Source: Christiangramia sp.
GTDB lineage: Bacteria; Bacteroidota; Bacteroidia; Flavobacteriales; Flavobacteriaceae
NCBI GenBank assembly: GCA_041580575.1
Contig: JBFGDP010000001.1
Location: 1,468 to 65,467 of the forward strand
Direction of reading: 5' to 3'
Length of the DNA: 64,000 nucleotides
Shown here: in pieces, positions 1 to 9,321 of the stretch
How the letters are laid out: each line of letters starts with the position of its first letter
Position numbering within the stretch: the first letter of the stretch is position 1
The notes under the pieces: model-generated
What the model saw: only the letters and a program-made list of their open reading frames with translations
What the model was told of the DNA's origin: nothing
The model's database searches: none
Translations under genes and position numbers: made by a program

Positions 1-512
1 CCGCCTAATTCCAACATCTTATCTTTCCAGAACGAATTATAAGGCTTTTCGAGAAGGTCTTTATTATCTTCATTGGCGGTTACCACCCAGGAATGCGAAT
101 TCAATTCTTCGTCAAGTTGATTGGCATCCCAGCCAGAATAACCCAGGAAAAATTTGATCTGCTTGTCATCAATCAATTCTTTGGCAATGAGATCCATAAC
201 AACTTCGAAATTACCTCCCCAAAAAATGCCATGAGCTATTTCTATGCTATCTGGAATCAAATCGGGTATTCTGTGAATAAAATATAGATTGTCCTGTTCT
301 ACAGGACCCCCATTATATACTTTAAAATCGCCTTTTACTTCAGGGATAAGATCTTTAAGTGTAAAATCGAGTATTTTATTCAGAATAAATCCAACCGAAC
401 CATTGTCTGAATGGTCGGCCAGTAGTACGACAGAACGATTAAAAGAAACATCACCAATAATTGATGGTTCTGCGACTAAAAGATGGCCTTTGGTTGGTTT
501 TAACGCGATCAT
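1..512 (-). CDS. YqgE/AlgH family protein (3' end runs off the window)
   Basis: Manual translation from ATG at 512: MIALKPTKGHLLVAEPSIIGDVSFNRSVVLLADHSDNGSVGFILNK...VYNGGPVEQ...FFLGYSGWDANQL; F.RSVV, GGPV and GYSGW are DUF179 hallmarks. Confidence 0.9.
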   Translation of the reverse strand, partial: MIALKPTKGHLLVAEPSIIGDVSFNRSVVLLADHSDNGSVGFILNKILDFTLKDLIPEVKGDFKVYNGGPVEQDNLYFIHRIPDLIPDSIEIAHGIFWGGNFEVVMDLIAKELIDDKQIKFFLGYSGWDANQLDEELNSHSWVVTANEDNKDLLEKPYNSFWKDKMLELG

Positions 513-582
513 TGTAGCAGTCTTTTTATCTAAACTAATTATTTCTAATAAATAATGCAATACAATGCCAAAAAAATTAAAT

Positions 583-609
583 AAAAAAGCCTTCTTTAAG
601 AAGGCTTTT
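583..609 (-). terminator. Intrinsic terminator after hup
   Basis: AAAAAAGCCTTCT-TTA-AGAAGGCTTTT inverted repeat with A/T tails. Confidence 0.8.
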
Positions 610-631
610 AAAAATTCACTTATGCAAATTA

Positions 632-904
632 TTAGTTCACAGCTTTTTGTAAATCAGCTCCGGCTTTAAATTTCACTACGTTCTTAGCAGCAATTTTGAT
701 GGTTTTCCCAGTTTGTGGGTTTCTTCCTTCACGTGCTGCTCTTTTAGATACAGACCAAGATCCAAATCCTACTAATGATACTCTATCTCCTTTTTTAAGA
801 GACTTCTCTACGTTCTCAAGGAAAGACTCTAATGCTTTTTTTGCTGCTGCTTTAGAAATTCCAGCATTTTCAGCCATTGCATCGATTAAATCTGTTTTGT
901 TCAT
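632..904 (-). CDS. hup: HU family DNA-binding protein
   Basis: MNKTDLI...LVGFGSW...[22 protein letters not shown], 90 aa. Confidence 0.97.
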   Translation of the reverse strand: MNKTDLIDAMAENAGISKAAAKKALESFLENVEKSLKKGDRVSLVGFGSWSVSKRAAREGRNPQTGKTIKIAAKNVVKFKAGADLQKAVN

Positions 905-956
905 AATTTGAATTTTAAATTAAATTGTTGGTTAAACATTCTGTTAAACTGGTATA

Positions 957-964
957 CAAATTTA
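957..964 (-). promoter_or_regulatory. Bacteroidota primary-sigma -7 element (TAAATTTG) upstream of hup
   Basis: Matches TAnnTTTG on the minus strand about 50 nt upstream of the ATG. Confidence 0.5.
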
Positions 965-1010
965 TACGGATTTCTTGTTCATGCAAGTAATGACAAGGGA
1001 AAAGCCCGTA

Positions 1011-1086
1011 TTTGTTAATAACTTGGTTGTTTTGTTAATAAAGATAGTTGTTTTTTATTAAAATGCAACCGAATCAGTGTTAATAA
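1011..1086. repeat. Three copies of TGTTAATAA (reverse complement TTATTAACA, DnaA-box-like)
   Basis: Copies at 1013-1021, 1033-1041 and 1078-1086 in the fmt-hup intergenic region. Confidence 0.55.
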
Positions 1087-1090
1087 GGCT

Positions 1091-2038
1091 TTAGCGCATT
1101 TTTGCATCTGGAGCAAAATTAAATCCATTAAGGAGCGCTTTCGCAGACATTTTCTTTTTTCCCGGAAGTTGAATTTCCTGTATCAAAATAAATCCACCGG
1201 GAGCAGCCACCATTATCTGATTGTCCATGATCGAAACCGTGCCATTTGGTAAATGATGTTCCTGCGTCAACATATCTATATTGTATACCTTTACCTGCAT
1301 TTCTTCTAATGAGTTTACCAGGAAGCACCAGGCTGCGGGATATGGGTTGAGTCCTCTAATTAGGTTATATATATTTTCTAAAGGTTGGTTCCAGTCTATT
1401 TTAGTGTTCTCTCGTGTAAGTTTAGGAGCGTCCTTAAGATCCTTGCTTTCTGCCTGAGGGGTTGGCTCAACTTTTTCGTTTGCGATGTCATCTAAGGTTC
1501 TAACTACCAGCCTGGATCCTAAATCCATAAGGCGGTCATGTAAAGATTTTACATTTTCAGATTCATGTATTGGAATCTCTTCCTGTAATATCATAGCGCC
1601 TGTATCAATTTTGTCATCTAAAAAGAAAGTAGAAACACCGGTCTTTTTTTCTCCATTAATAATGGCCCAGTTAATAGGTGCGGCCCCCCTGTATTGCGGG
1701 AGCAAAGATGCGTGCAAATTGAAAGTTCCATATTCAGGTAAAGACCAGACAGCCCTTGGTAACATTCTAAAAGCTACCACAACCTGTATATTAGGATTTA
1801 ATGCTTTTAATTCCTGCTGAAACTCTTCAGACTTTAAGTTAGTTGGCTGTAGTACCGGTAGATTTTGCGTGAGTGCATATGTTTTAACGGCACTTTCTCT
1901 TAATTTTCTACCTCTGCCTGCCGGGCGATCTGGGGCTGTGATTACACCTACTACATTATACTCTGCTTCAATTATAGCCTTCAGGCTGTTTACTGCGAAT
2001 TCAGGTGTTCCCATGAACACTATTCTCAGGTCTTTCAT
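1091..2038 (-). CDS. fmt: Methionyl-tRNA formyltransferase
   Basis: RIVFMGTPEFA, PDRPAGRG, NLHASLLPQYRGAAPINWAI. Confidence 0.97.
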   Translation of the reverse strand: MKDLRIVFMGTPEFAVNSLKAIIEAEYNVVGVITAPDRPAGRGRKLRESAVKTYALTQNLPVLQPTNLKSEEFQQELKALNPNIQVVVAFRMLPRAVWSLPEYGTFNLHASLLPQYRGAAPINWAIINGEKKTGVSTFFLDDKIDTGAMILQEEIPIHESENVKSLHDRLMDLGSRLVVRTLDDIANEKVEPTPQAESKDLKDAPKLTRENTKIDWNQPLENIYNLIRGLNPYPAAWCFLVNSLEEMQVKVYNIDMLTQEHHLPNGTVSIMDNQIMVAAPGGFILIQEIQLPGKKKMSAKALLNGFNFAPDAKMR

Positions 2039-3936
2039 TTATGTAATATTTTATACTTGTTATTGGGGGTTCGATCCAGGATTCCTTTTTCGCAAAGCAA
2101 ACTTAATACTTTTAGTATATCGGTTTCAGTATAGTCAAGTTGCGAGATCAATTCTCTGGAATCTTTAGGTGAGACTTTTAGAATTCTTAATATACCGAGG
2201 TATATCTCGTTCATATCATCCCTGGTTAATTCTTTTCTTTCTTTGGTGCAAACGGAACATTTTCCGCAGGACGGCGGATTTTTCTCACCAAAATAGGAGA
2301 GTAGCTGAACTTGTTTACAAATATTGTCATTCTGGACAAATTCAAGAACAGCTTCAATTTTATCTCTTTTGGTACTGGTATATTCTTTTATAAACGCAGC
2401 TACGGGATTAATCGTGGAATCATCCTCTCTCGGAACCAGGAAGGTAATACTGGCGTCATGCTTGGAAAGGTGGAATTCAATGATCTCCTTAGTATGCAGC
2501 TCTTCAAGGATCTTTAAGCATTCTTTTTCCGTAATATTTGCCTTATCACACACAGATGCAAGGTTGAAGGGTATCAGGTTTTCAAATACTCCTCCATAAT
2601 TTCTTAGGATCGTTCTAATTATTCCGGCGTACCTGGGATTTTTATCGAGATAGGAATCTAAATGATTACCCGTTAGTAAAATTTGTATTTCGGTACTTTT
2701 CTGATAATTCTGGGATAATTTTAAAATGCTGCATCTATCCAGTAATTGCAGTGCGTTGTATGTCTTGTGGGAATTAAACTGATATTGGTGACAAAAGCTG
2801 GCAAAATTAAAATCATGTTCGGTGTTCTCTCCTTCTCCATAAGCGATTCTGAAGTAGGCATTCAATTTTCGATAAACAAGTTTTACGTCTTCTACAGAAG
2901 CGAGGTTATTTAGAAATTGATTTTTAAGTACTGGAATATCACCAGAATTTGTCAAAATAATTGCCTTTGAAGGTTTACCATCCCGGCCCGCTCTTCCCGC
3001 TTCCTGGAAATAACTTTCCATGCTTTCTGGTAAGTCTATATGAATCACCGTTCTAACATCTGGTTTGTCTATACCCATGCCAAATGCGGTAGTTGCAACC
3101 ATTACGCTTACTTTGTTGGTAAGCCATTTTTCAAATTTTTTACTTTTATCTTCTTTCTTTAATCCACCATGGTATGCCGCAGCACTAATACCTTGTTTAT
3201 TGAGGAATTGTGAAATTTCCTGGGTGGCATTTCTGCTACGCACATAAATGATCCCGGAATCGTTGCCTAGAAGCTGAGTAAGTCGAAAGTACTTATCTTC
3301 TGTTTTTATGACTTCGTAACTAAGGTTATCACGTACAAATGACTTTTGATGAATTACCGGGGCATTAAATTTTAGTTGCTCACAAATATCTTTCACTACT
3401 TCTTTAGTCGCCGTAGCAGTAAAGGCAGCAATATTTATGTCTGGCAATATCTCTCTAAGGGCTGCAATATTACGGTAAGCAGGTCTAAAATCATGACCCC
3501 ATTGAGATATACAGTGAGCTTCATCTATTGCTATCAGGTTAATGTTCATTTGTTTCAAACGTTCCTTCACTAATTCCTGCTGAAGTCTTTCCGGGGAGAG
3601 ATAAAGAAATTTGAAGTTCCCAAAAATGCAATTATCCAGGCTTCGGTCCAGATCGGCATAAGAAATACCGCCGGTGATGGCCATGGCCTTAATATTTTTT
3701 TGCTGTAAAGCGTTCACCTGATCTTCCATTAAAGAGATCAGGGGAGAGACCACAATGCAAATACCTTCTTGTATAAGTGCGGGAACCTGGTAGCATAATG
3801 ACTTTCCGCCCCCGGTAGGGAAAAGGGTAAGAGTGTCCCTTCCTTCCAGGATGGATTCGATAACTTCCAATTGTTGCGGTCTGAACTCTCGGAAGCCCCA
3901 GTATTTTTCTAATATTTGTAAAGCTTCCTTTTGCAA
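2035..3936 (-). CDS. recQ: RecQ family ATP-dependent DNA helicase (no HRDC domain)
   Basis: PTGGGKSLCYQ, DEAHCISQWGHDFRP, AFGMGIDKPD, YFQEAGRAGRDG, Zn motif C..YFGE..CGKCSVC. Confidence 0.9.
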   Translation of the reverse strand: MQKEALQILEKYWGFREFRPQQLEVIESILEGRDTLTLFPTGGGKSLCYQVPALIQEGICIVVSPLISLMEDQVNALQQKNIKAMAITGGISYADLDRSLDNCIFGNFKFLYLSPERLQQELVKERLKQMNINLIAIDEAHCISQWGHDFRPAYRNIAALREILPDINIAAFTATATKEVVKDICEQLKFNAPVIHQKSFVRDNLSYEVIKTEDKYFRLTQLLGNDSGIIYVRSRNATQEISQFLNKQGISAAAYHGGLKKEDKSKKFEKWLTNKVSVMVATTAFGMGIDKPDVRTVIHIDLPESMESYFQEAGRAGRDGKPSKAIILTNSGDIPVLKNQFLNNLASVEDVKLVYRKLNAYFRIAYGEGENTEHDFNFASFCHQYQFNSHKTYNALQLLDRCSILKLSQNYQKSTEIQILLTGNHLDSYLDKNPRYAGIIRTILRNYGGVFENLIPFNLASVCDKANITEKECLKILEELHTKEIIEFHLSKHDASITFLVPREDDSTINPVAAFIKEYTSTKRDKIEAVLEFVQNDNICKQVQLLSYFGEKNPPSCGKCSVCTKERKELTRDDMNEIYLGILRILKVSPKDSRELISQLDYTETDILKVLSLLCEKGILDRTPNNKYKILHK

Positions 3937-3943
3937 ATTAGTT

Positions 3944-4477
3944 CTAGATCTTATCCAGTATAAAGTTTGTACGTTCTTCCACGCTTAATTTTGGAACCTC
4001 AATAGGTTCGTATCCGTAACGCCTATAAGTAGAATAAAGATATGACGAAATTTTTAAGGCTTCTTCAAAACTTTCATAACGCTCATTGTCACTGGTATAT
4101 ATTTCCTGCCAGGGAGGCAAAATAAAGATTTGATCATACCTGTTTTTTTCACAGGTCTCATGAAATATATCTGGATAGGATGTGTCGAAATAATCCATAT
4201 ATGCTACAACGTCTGGTAACCCACGATCTATAAAGATATGGTCTGCCTTAAATTCTTTCGCCTGCAGATATTGTTGCAACCTGCCTTGCAGAAGTTTTTC
4301 ACTGAACAATAATGGTTTTTCCAGGAATAACTGGTCTATTCCCTCTTTCTGAGCTTCCAGGGTGACCTGCCGGGATATTTCATGGAGACAGGTCTCACCC
4401 TTGTCTTCCAGTGTATGAATTATGGATGACTTTCCGGTTCCCGGACCACCGGTGATTACGATTTTTCTATTTTTCAC
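3944..4477 (-). CDS. AAA_28 (NadR/Ttd14-like) P-loop ATPase
   Basis: Walker A GGPGTGKS, FIDRG, PPW.EIY..D.ERYE. Confidence 0.85.
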   Translation of the reverse strand: MKNRKIVITGGPGTGKSSIIHTLEDKGETCLHEISRQVTLEAQKEGIDQLFLEKPLLFSEKLLQGRLQQYLQAKEFKADHIFIDRGLPDVVAYMDYFDTSYPDIFHETCEKNRYDQIFILPPWQEIYTSDNERYESFEEALKISSYLYSTYRRYGYEPIEVPKLSVEERTNFILDKI

Positions 4478-4528
4478 AGCGCAAATTTCGACAATTGAAT
4501 TTGATTATAAAAATGATGTCATTACTTG

Positions 4529-4536
4529 TATCTTTG
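4529..4536 (+). promoter_or_regulatory. Bacteroidota -7 promoter element (TATCTTTG)
   Basis: TAnnTTTG consensus about 23 nt upstream of the ATG at 4559. Confidence 0.6.
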
Positions 4537-4558
4537 CAATTAAACGAAGGAGAAAATT

Positions 4559-4852
4559 ATGAGTGAATCTAAGAGTCCCGAAGAATTCTATGCAAAATTA
4601 AAAAAGCAGTTACAGGATACGGCCATGTGGCCTTCTGAATATCTATACAAATTCATCGTTCCAACTAAAGGTGACCAGATCGCCCTGGTTCAGGGTATAT
4701 TTAATAATATGGGCGCGGTGATAGAGACTAAGCAATCAAAAAAAGGAAAGTATACCAGTGTGTCGATTAACGTGAGGATGAAAAATCCGGATGCTGTGAT
4801 CGAGAAATATAAAGAAGTGGCCAATAAAGTGGAAGGTGTAATATCTCTTTAA
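4559..4852 (+). CDS. DUF493 family protein
   Basis: WPSEYLYKFIVP and SKKGKYTSVSI motifs, 97 aa. Confidence 0.85.
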   Translation: MSESKSPEEFYAKLKKQLQDTAMWPSEYLYKFIVPTKGDQIALVQGIFNNMGAVIETKQSKKGKYTSVSINVRMKNPDAVIEKYKEVANKVEGVISL

Positions 4853-4951
4853 CCGCCAGATAAAAGTTGTTTTTGTTGTGCATCTATATTAATATTTAGT
4901 ATTTTGCAGGCAGGAGTATAACTTCAGTAATTACCAAATTAAACTTCAATT

Positions 4952-5593
4952 TTGACGAACGCATTAGAATATAACTCTGAAAGGAGCAAATTGATAATTC
5001 CCGAATACGGGAGACATCTTCAGAAAATGGTGGAACATGCCGTGAGTATAGAGGATGATGAAGAACGTAGTAAAGTTGCGAACTCTATTATCGCGGTGAT
5101 GGGGAATATGAATCCTCACCTTAGGGACGTGCCAGATTTTCAGCATAAGCTCTGGGATCAGTTATTCATTATAAGTGATTTTAAACTGGATGTTGACTCT
5201 CCATTTCCCAAGCCTACGAGGGAAATGTTAGCTGAAAGGCCCGAAATGCTTCAGTACCCGGAGAATAATCCTAAATACAGATTCTACGGTAATAACATTA
5301 AAAGGATGATCGATGCGGCTAAGGACTATGAAGAAGGTGACCTTAAAGAGGCCCTCGTTCTAACCATAGCCAATCACATGAAGAAATCTTACCTTAACTG
5401 GAATAGAGATTCTGTAGATGATGAGGTTATTTTAGAACATCTAAGAGATCTTAGTAACGGTAAAATAAATCCAAAGAATATCGATGAGGATCTAAGCCAG
5501 GCATCTGAACTTATAAGAAGTACAGGTACTAAGAAAAAATACTCCAAGAACACTAAAAAGACCGGCCGTAAAGGCGGTCGCAAACGCCACTAA
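4952..5593 (+). CDS. DUF4290 domain protein
   Basis: LEYN.ER.KL.IPEYGR, HKLWDQLFIISDFKLD; basic C-terminal tail; directly upstream of murA. Confidence 0.85.
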   Translation: MTNALEYNSERSKLIIPEYGRHLQKMVEHAVSIEDDEERSKVANSIIAVMGNMNPHLRDVPDFQHKLWDQLFIISDFKLDVDSPFPKPTREMLAERPEMLQYPENNPKYRFYGNNIKRMIDAAKDYEEGDLKEALVLTIANHMKKSYLNWNRDSVDDEVILEHLRDLSNGKINPKNIDEDLSQASELIRSTGTKKKYSKNTKKTGRKGGRKRH

Positions 5594-5608
5594 ACACAAC
5601 ATCTTTTA

Positions 5609-6922
5609 ATGGGAACTTTTCGAATAGAAGGTGGTCATCGTCTTAGCGGGGACATTCAGCCCCAGGGAGCAAAGAACGAGGCACTACAGATACTTTGTGC
5701 TGTATTGTTAACCGATGAACTGGTAACAATCCATAATATTCCTGATATACTTGACGTAAATAAACTAATTAATCTCTTGAGAAACCTTGGGGTTAAAGTT
5801 GAGAAAATAGGTTCTGGAAGTTATACTTTCCAAAGTGATGATCTTAATATGGATTATCTCAATAGCGAACAATTCAAGATCGATGGCGGTGGATTACGTG
5901 GATCGATCATGATCGTAGGCCCTATGTTAGGAAGGTTTGGTAAAGGATTTATCCCTAAACCCGGAGGTGATAAAATTGGCAGGAGAAGACTGGATACCCA
6001 TTTTGAGGGTTTTATGAAGCTTGGCGCCGATTTTAGATATAATAAAGAGGAAAGATTCTATGGGGTAGAAGCTCCAGATGGTCTTAAAGGGGATTTTATG
6101 CTCCTGGAAGAAGCATCGGTTACCGGTACCGCTAATATAGTGATGGCAGCTGTTCTCGCTAAGGGAACAACCACCATTTATAATGCAGCCTGCGAGCCAT
6201 ATTTACAGCAACTATGTAAGATGTTAAACTCCATGGGCGCGAATATCAGCGGAATTGGGTCTAACTTACTAAGAATAGATGGAGTAGAGAAATTAGGTGG
6301 CTGTGTACACCGTGTGCTACCCGATATGATCGAAATTGGATCATGGATAGGCCTGGCGGCGATGACTAAAAGTGATATCACTATTAAAAATGTAAACTGG
6401 GAAATGTTGGGTGTCATCCCGGCAACTTTCAGAAAGCTGGGGATCACCGTAGAGAAAAAAGGAGATGATATTCATATCCCGGCTCATACTGGAGGGTATG
6501 AGGTACAAAATTTCATAGACGGATCTATTATGAATATTAGTGATGCTCCCTGGCCCGGTTTTACTCCAGATCTTTTGAGTATTATCCTGGTGACCGCTAC
6601 CCAGGCCCGTGGAAGTGTTCTTATACACCAAAAGATGTTTGAGAGCAGGCTCTTCTTTGTAGATAAGTTAATAGATATGGGGGCAAAGATCATACTTTGT
6701 GATCCACATAGGGCTGTGGTTATAGGCCATGATTTCACTTCCCAGCTAAAAGCAACCACAATGACCTCCCCAGACATTAGAGCTGGGATATCCCTGCTAA
6801 TTGCCGCACTTTCGGCGAAGGGCACTTCTACTATTCATAATATCGAGCAGATAGACAGGGGGTATGAGCATATAGTTACAAGATTACAGGGGATAGGTGC
6901 CAGGATAGAACGACTGGATTAA
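5609..6922 (+). CDS. murA: UDP-N-acetylglucosamine 1-carboxyvinyltransferase
   Basis: GAKNEAL, PGGDKIGRR, SVTGTANI, MFESR, DIRAG, IDRGYE. Confidence 0.97.
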   Translation: MGTFRIEGGHRLSGDIQPQGAKNEALQILCAVLLTDELVTIHNIPDILDVNKLINLLRNLGVKVEKIGSGSYTFQSDDLNMDYLNSEQFKIDGGGLRGSIMIVGPMLGRFGKGFIPKPGGDKIGRRRLDTHFEGFMKLGADFRYNKEERFYGVEAPDGLKGDFMLLEEASVTGTANIVMAAVLAKGTTTIYNAACEPYLQQLCKMLNSMGANISGIGSNLLRIDGVEKLGGCVHRVLPDMIEIGSWIGLAAMTKSDITIKNVNWEMLGVIPATFRKLGITVEKKGDDIHIPAHTGGYEVQNFIDGSIMNISDAPWPGFTPDLLSIILVTATQARGSVLIHQKMFESRLFFVDKLIDMGAKIILCDPHRAVVIGHDFTSQLKATTMTSPDIRAGISLLIAALSAKGTSTIHNIEQIDRGYEHIVTRLQGIGARIERLD

Positions 6923-6941
6923 TCTGGCACGAAATAGTAAT

Positions 6942-6973
6942 AAAAAAAGCTGTTCGAATGAACAGCTTTTTTT
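6942..6973. terminator. Bidirectional intrinsic terminator
   Basis: AAAAAAAGCTGTTC-GAAT-GAACAGCTTTTTTT between convergent genes. Confidence 0.9.
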
Positions 6974-6991
6974 ATTTGTACAGACAGTGGA

Positions 6992-8455
6992 TTAAACCTC
7001 CTCGGTTTTGGCCTTTTGCTTATGTTCTTTATAATGAAACAAGTTCTTTTCCTTGATCATTTTAGTTGTTTTTTCTGGCAACATGTCTTCCCATCCTGCT
7101 TGACCTTCATTGATCATCTTGAGTACTTCACGTGAGTATATATCCATTATATCAGGATTATAGTCTTTAATGTCTTCAACCCGACCATTATATTTAAAGA
7201 ACTTATAAAGTTCTTTCATACGTGGATGAACTTTTAGGTTTTCACTGTTAGTGATCTCACCGGTTTCAGGATTTTTAAGAGGATATAGATATACTTTGAG
7301 ATCTTTAAAGAATAATTTGCCGAAGGCCTCCAGGATACCACCACTAAGGTGTCGGTAATATTTCTCATCAAAAACATCGATAAGGTTCTGTACTCCCATA
7401 GTAAGACCCATTCTTTGTTTGGAATAACGAGAGAAATATTCCACTACCTTGTAATATTCCTGGAAATTTGAGATCATTACGGTTTGACCCAGAGAACAAA
7501 GCAATTCTGCCCGATCCATAAAGTCCCTCTCGTCGATCTCACCCTCTGCCCGCAGGTTGGATAAGGTGATCTCAAAAATGATCTCGGTATTTTCCCTGTT
7601 AACTTTGGCTTCGTTAAAGAACATTTCTTTTGAACGTTCAAACATATCCATATTCACCTTGGTAACCGGTCTAAAGCTACCTCTAAGAGCCAGGATATTC
7701 TTTTTATACAGGATCTTGGCCGGTAACACATTATTACCATCGGGCCCAAACATCACCGCTTCGGTCATGCCATTCTTTACTAATTGTAAACTCATCAAAC
7801 GATTGTCTACTTTCTCGAATTTTGGTCCCGAGAAATTTATTGTATCGATCTCTATTTGATCTTTATCGATATGGTCATAAAGATATCTTAGAAGCTTCTT
7901 TGGATTGTCATATTTGTAATAAGCACCATATATGAGGTTTACTCCAAGAATCCCTAAAGTGTTTTGCTGATGCCTGGCATCATTTTCATGAAAACGCACA
8001 TGTAGCAGGATCTCGTTATAATCCTCTCCCGGTTCTACCTGATACCTGATTCCAACCCAGCCGTGCCCTTTATACTTCTTAGCGAAATCTATAGTCGCTA
8101 CTGTATTGGCGTACGTAAAGAATAATTTATTTGGGTGTTTTTCCCGGGCTATCCTTTCTTCGATAAGCCTGGTTTCATGGGCCAGCATTTTCTTGAGTCT
8201 GGCCTCAGTTACATACCGGCGGTCATTTTCTACGCCATAGATCGCATCACTGAAATCCTTATCATAGGCACTCATCGCTTTTGCGATGGTACCAGATGCA
8301 CCTCCGGCCCGGAAGAAATTTCTAACCGTCTCCTGACCGGCACCAATTTCTGAAAATGTCCCGTAGATATTTTCGTTTAAATTGATGCGAAGGGCTTTAC
8401 TATTTATTGAAGGAACATTTTCAAATTCCTTATCGCCCATTATAGTAATTGGCAT
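6992..8455 (-). CDS. Conserved cytoplasmic protein: CinA/PncC-like N-terminal domain plus NadD-like nucleotidyltransferase domain
   Basis: SEIGAGQE...GGAS...AY...YGV pattern resembles PncC; LRGSFRPVTKVN resembles the NadD G(S/T)F.P.H.GH motif; no signal peptide. Confidence 0.6.
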   Translation of the reverse strand: MPITIMGDKEFENVPSINSKALRINLNENIYGTFSEIGAGQETVRNFFRAGGASGTIAKAMSAYDKDFSDAIYGVENDRRYVTEARLKKMLAHETRLIEERIAREKHPNKLFFTYANTVATIDFAKKYKGHGWVGIRYQVEPGEDYNEILLHVRFHENDARHQQNTLGILGVNLIYGAYYKYDNPKKLLRYLYDHIDKDQIEIDTINFSGPKFEKVDNRLMSLQLVKNGMTEAVMFGPDGNNVLPAKILYKKNILALRGSFRPVTKVNMDMFERSKEMFFNEAKVNRENTEIIFEITLSNLRAEGEIDERDFMDRAELLCSLGQTVMISNFQEYYKVVEYFSRYSKQRMGLTMGVQNLIDVFDEKYYRHLSGGILEAFGKLFFKDLKVYLYPLKNPETGEITNSENLKVHPRMKELYKFFKYNGRVEDIKDYNPDIMDIYSREVLKMINEGQAGWEDMLPEKTTKMIKEKNLFHYKEHKQKAKTEEV

Positions 8456-8532
8456 AGTTTCTCTTTTAGGTAAACATTTTCGTTGTATACTTCAAAAGTA
8501 CTAAAAGCGGTAGGCATACAAAAAAATATATT

Positions 8533-8540
8533 TACTTTTG
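8533..8540 (+). promoter_or_regulatory. Bacteroidota -7 promoter element (TACTTTTG)
   Basis: TAnnTTTG about 19 nt upstream of the start at 8559. Confidence 0.55.
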
Positions 8541-8558
8541 TGTGAAAAATAACACCTT

Positions 8559-9320
8559 TTGGAAGTAACATTTTTAGGAACAGGAACATCACAGGGAATA
8601 CCAATCATTGGAAGTGATCATCCGGTATGTCTTAGTGAAAATCCAAAAGATAAAAGATTACGAGTTTCTGTACTTATCTCCTGGAATAAATATAATATCC
8701 TTATAGACTGCGGGCCTGATTTCAGGCAACAAATGCTGGCTAATAATGTTAAAAAACTTGATGCCATCTTTTTTACTCATGAACATAATGATCATACTGC
8801 CGGATTAGATGATATAAGGCCTTTTTTCTTCAGGCAGGGAGATATACCTGTTTATGCTCATGAAAGGGTGCTAAAAGCACTCCATAAAAGGTTTGATTAT
8901 ATTTTTATTACAGAAAATAAATATCCCGGGGCACCCGGAGTAAAGGAAAACGTGATAGAAAATAAACCATTTAATTTCCATGGACTAACTGTAACTCCGG
9001 TAAATTTTATGCATAACCGGTTACAGGTTTTTGGATTTAGAATGGAAGATTTTGCTTACCTCACAGATCTTAAATCTATAGAGGATCCTGAAGTTGAAAA
9101 ACTACGAGATCTAAAAGTTCTGGTTATAAGTGCACTGAGGATTGAACCACATCATTCACATTTCAATTTGGAGGAAGCTTTGAACTTTATTGAAAGGGTG
9201 CAACCAGAAAAAGCCTATTTAACCCATATAAGCCATATGATGGGATTTCACGATGAAGTAGAGGAGAAGCTACCGGCGAATGTTCATTTGGCATATGATA
9301 ATCTTAAAATCACTGTTTAG
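8559..9320 (+). CDS. MBL-fold metallo-hydrolase (PhnP-like)
   Basis: FLGTGTSQGIP, IDCGPDFRQQ, THEHNDH, YLTD, THISH. Confidence 0.9.
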   Translation: MEVTFLGTGTSQGIPIIGSDHPVCLSENPKDKRLRVSVLISWNKYNILIDCGPDFRQQMLANNVKKLDAIFFTHEHNDHTAGLDDIRPFFFRQGDIPVYAHERVLKALHKRFDYIFITENKYPGAPGVKENVIENKPFNFHGLTVTPVNFMHNRLQVFGFRMEDFAYLTDLKSIEDPEVEKLRDLKVLVISALRIEPHHSHFNLEEALNFIERVQPEKAYLTHISHMMGFHDEVEEKLPANVHLAYDNLKITV

Positions 9321-9321
9321 T

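Noticed and set aside
93-555. Plus-strand ORFs 93-287 and 289-555
   Set aside because: Antisense shadows of the YqgE/AlgH gene on the minus strand; the other short ORFs nested in real genes were rejected for the same reason
6924-6940. TGGCACG after murA as a sigma-54 promoter
   Set aside because: No GC at the -12 position and it points into a terminator
6992-8455. Reading this protein as a TonB-dependent receptor (a label I recall for this family)
   Set aside because: No signal peptide, plug motif or beta-barrel pattern
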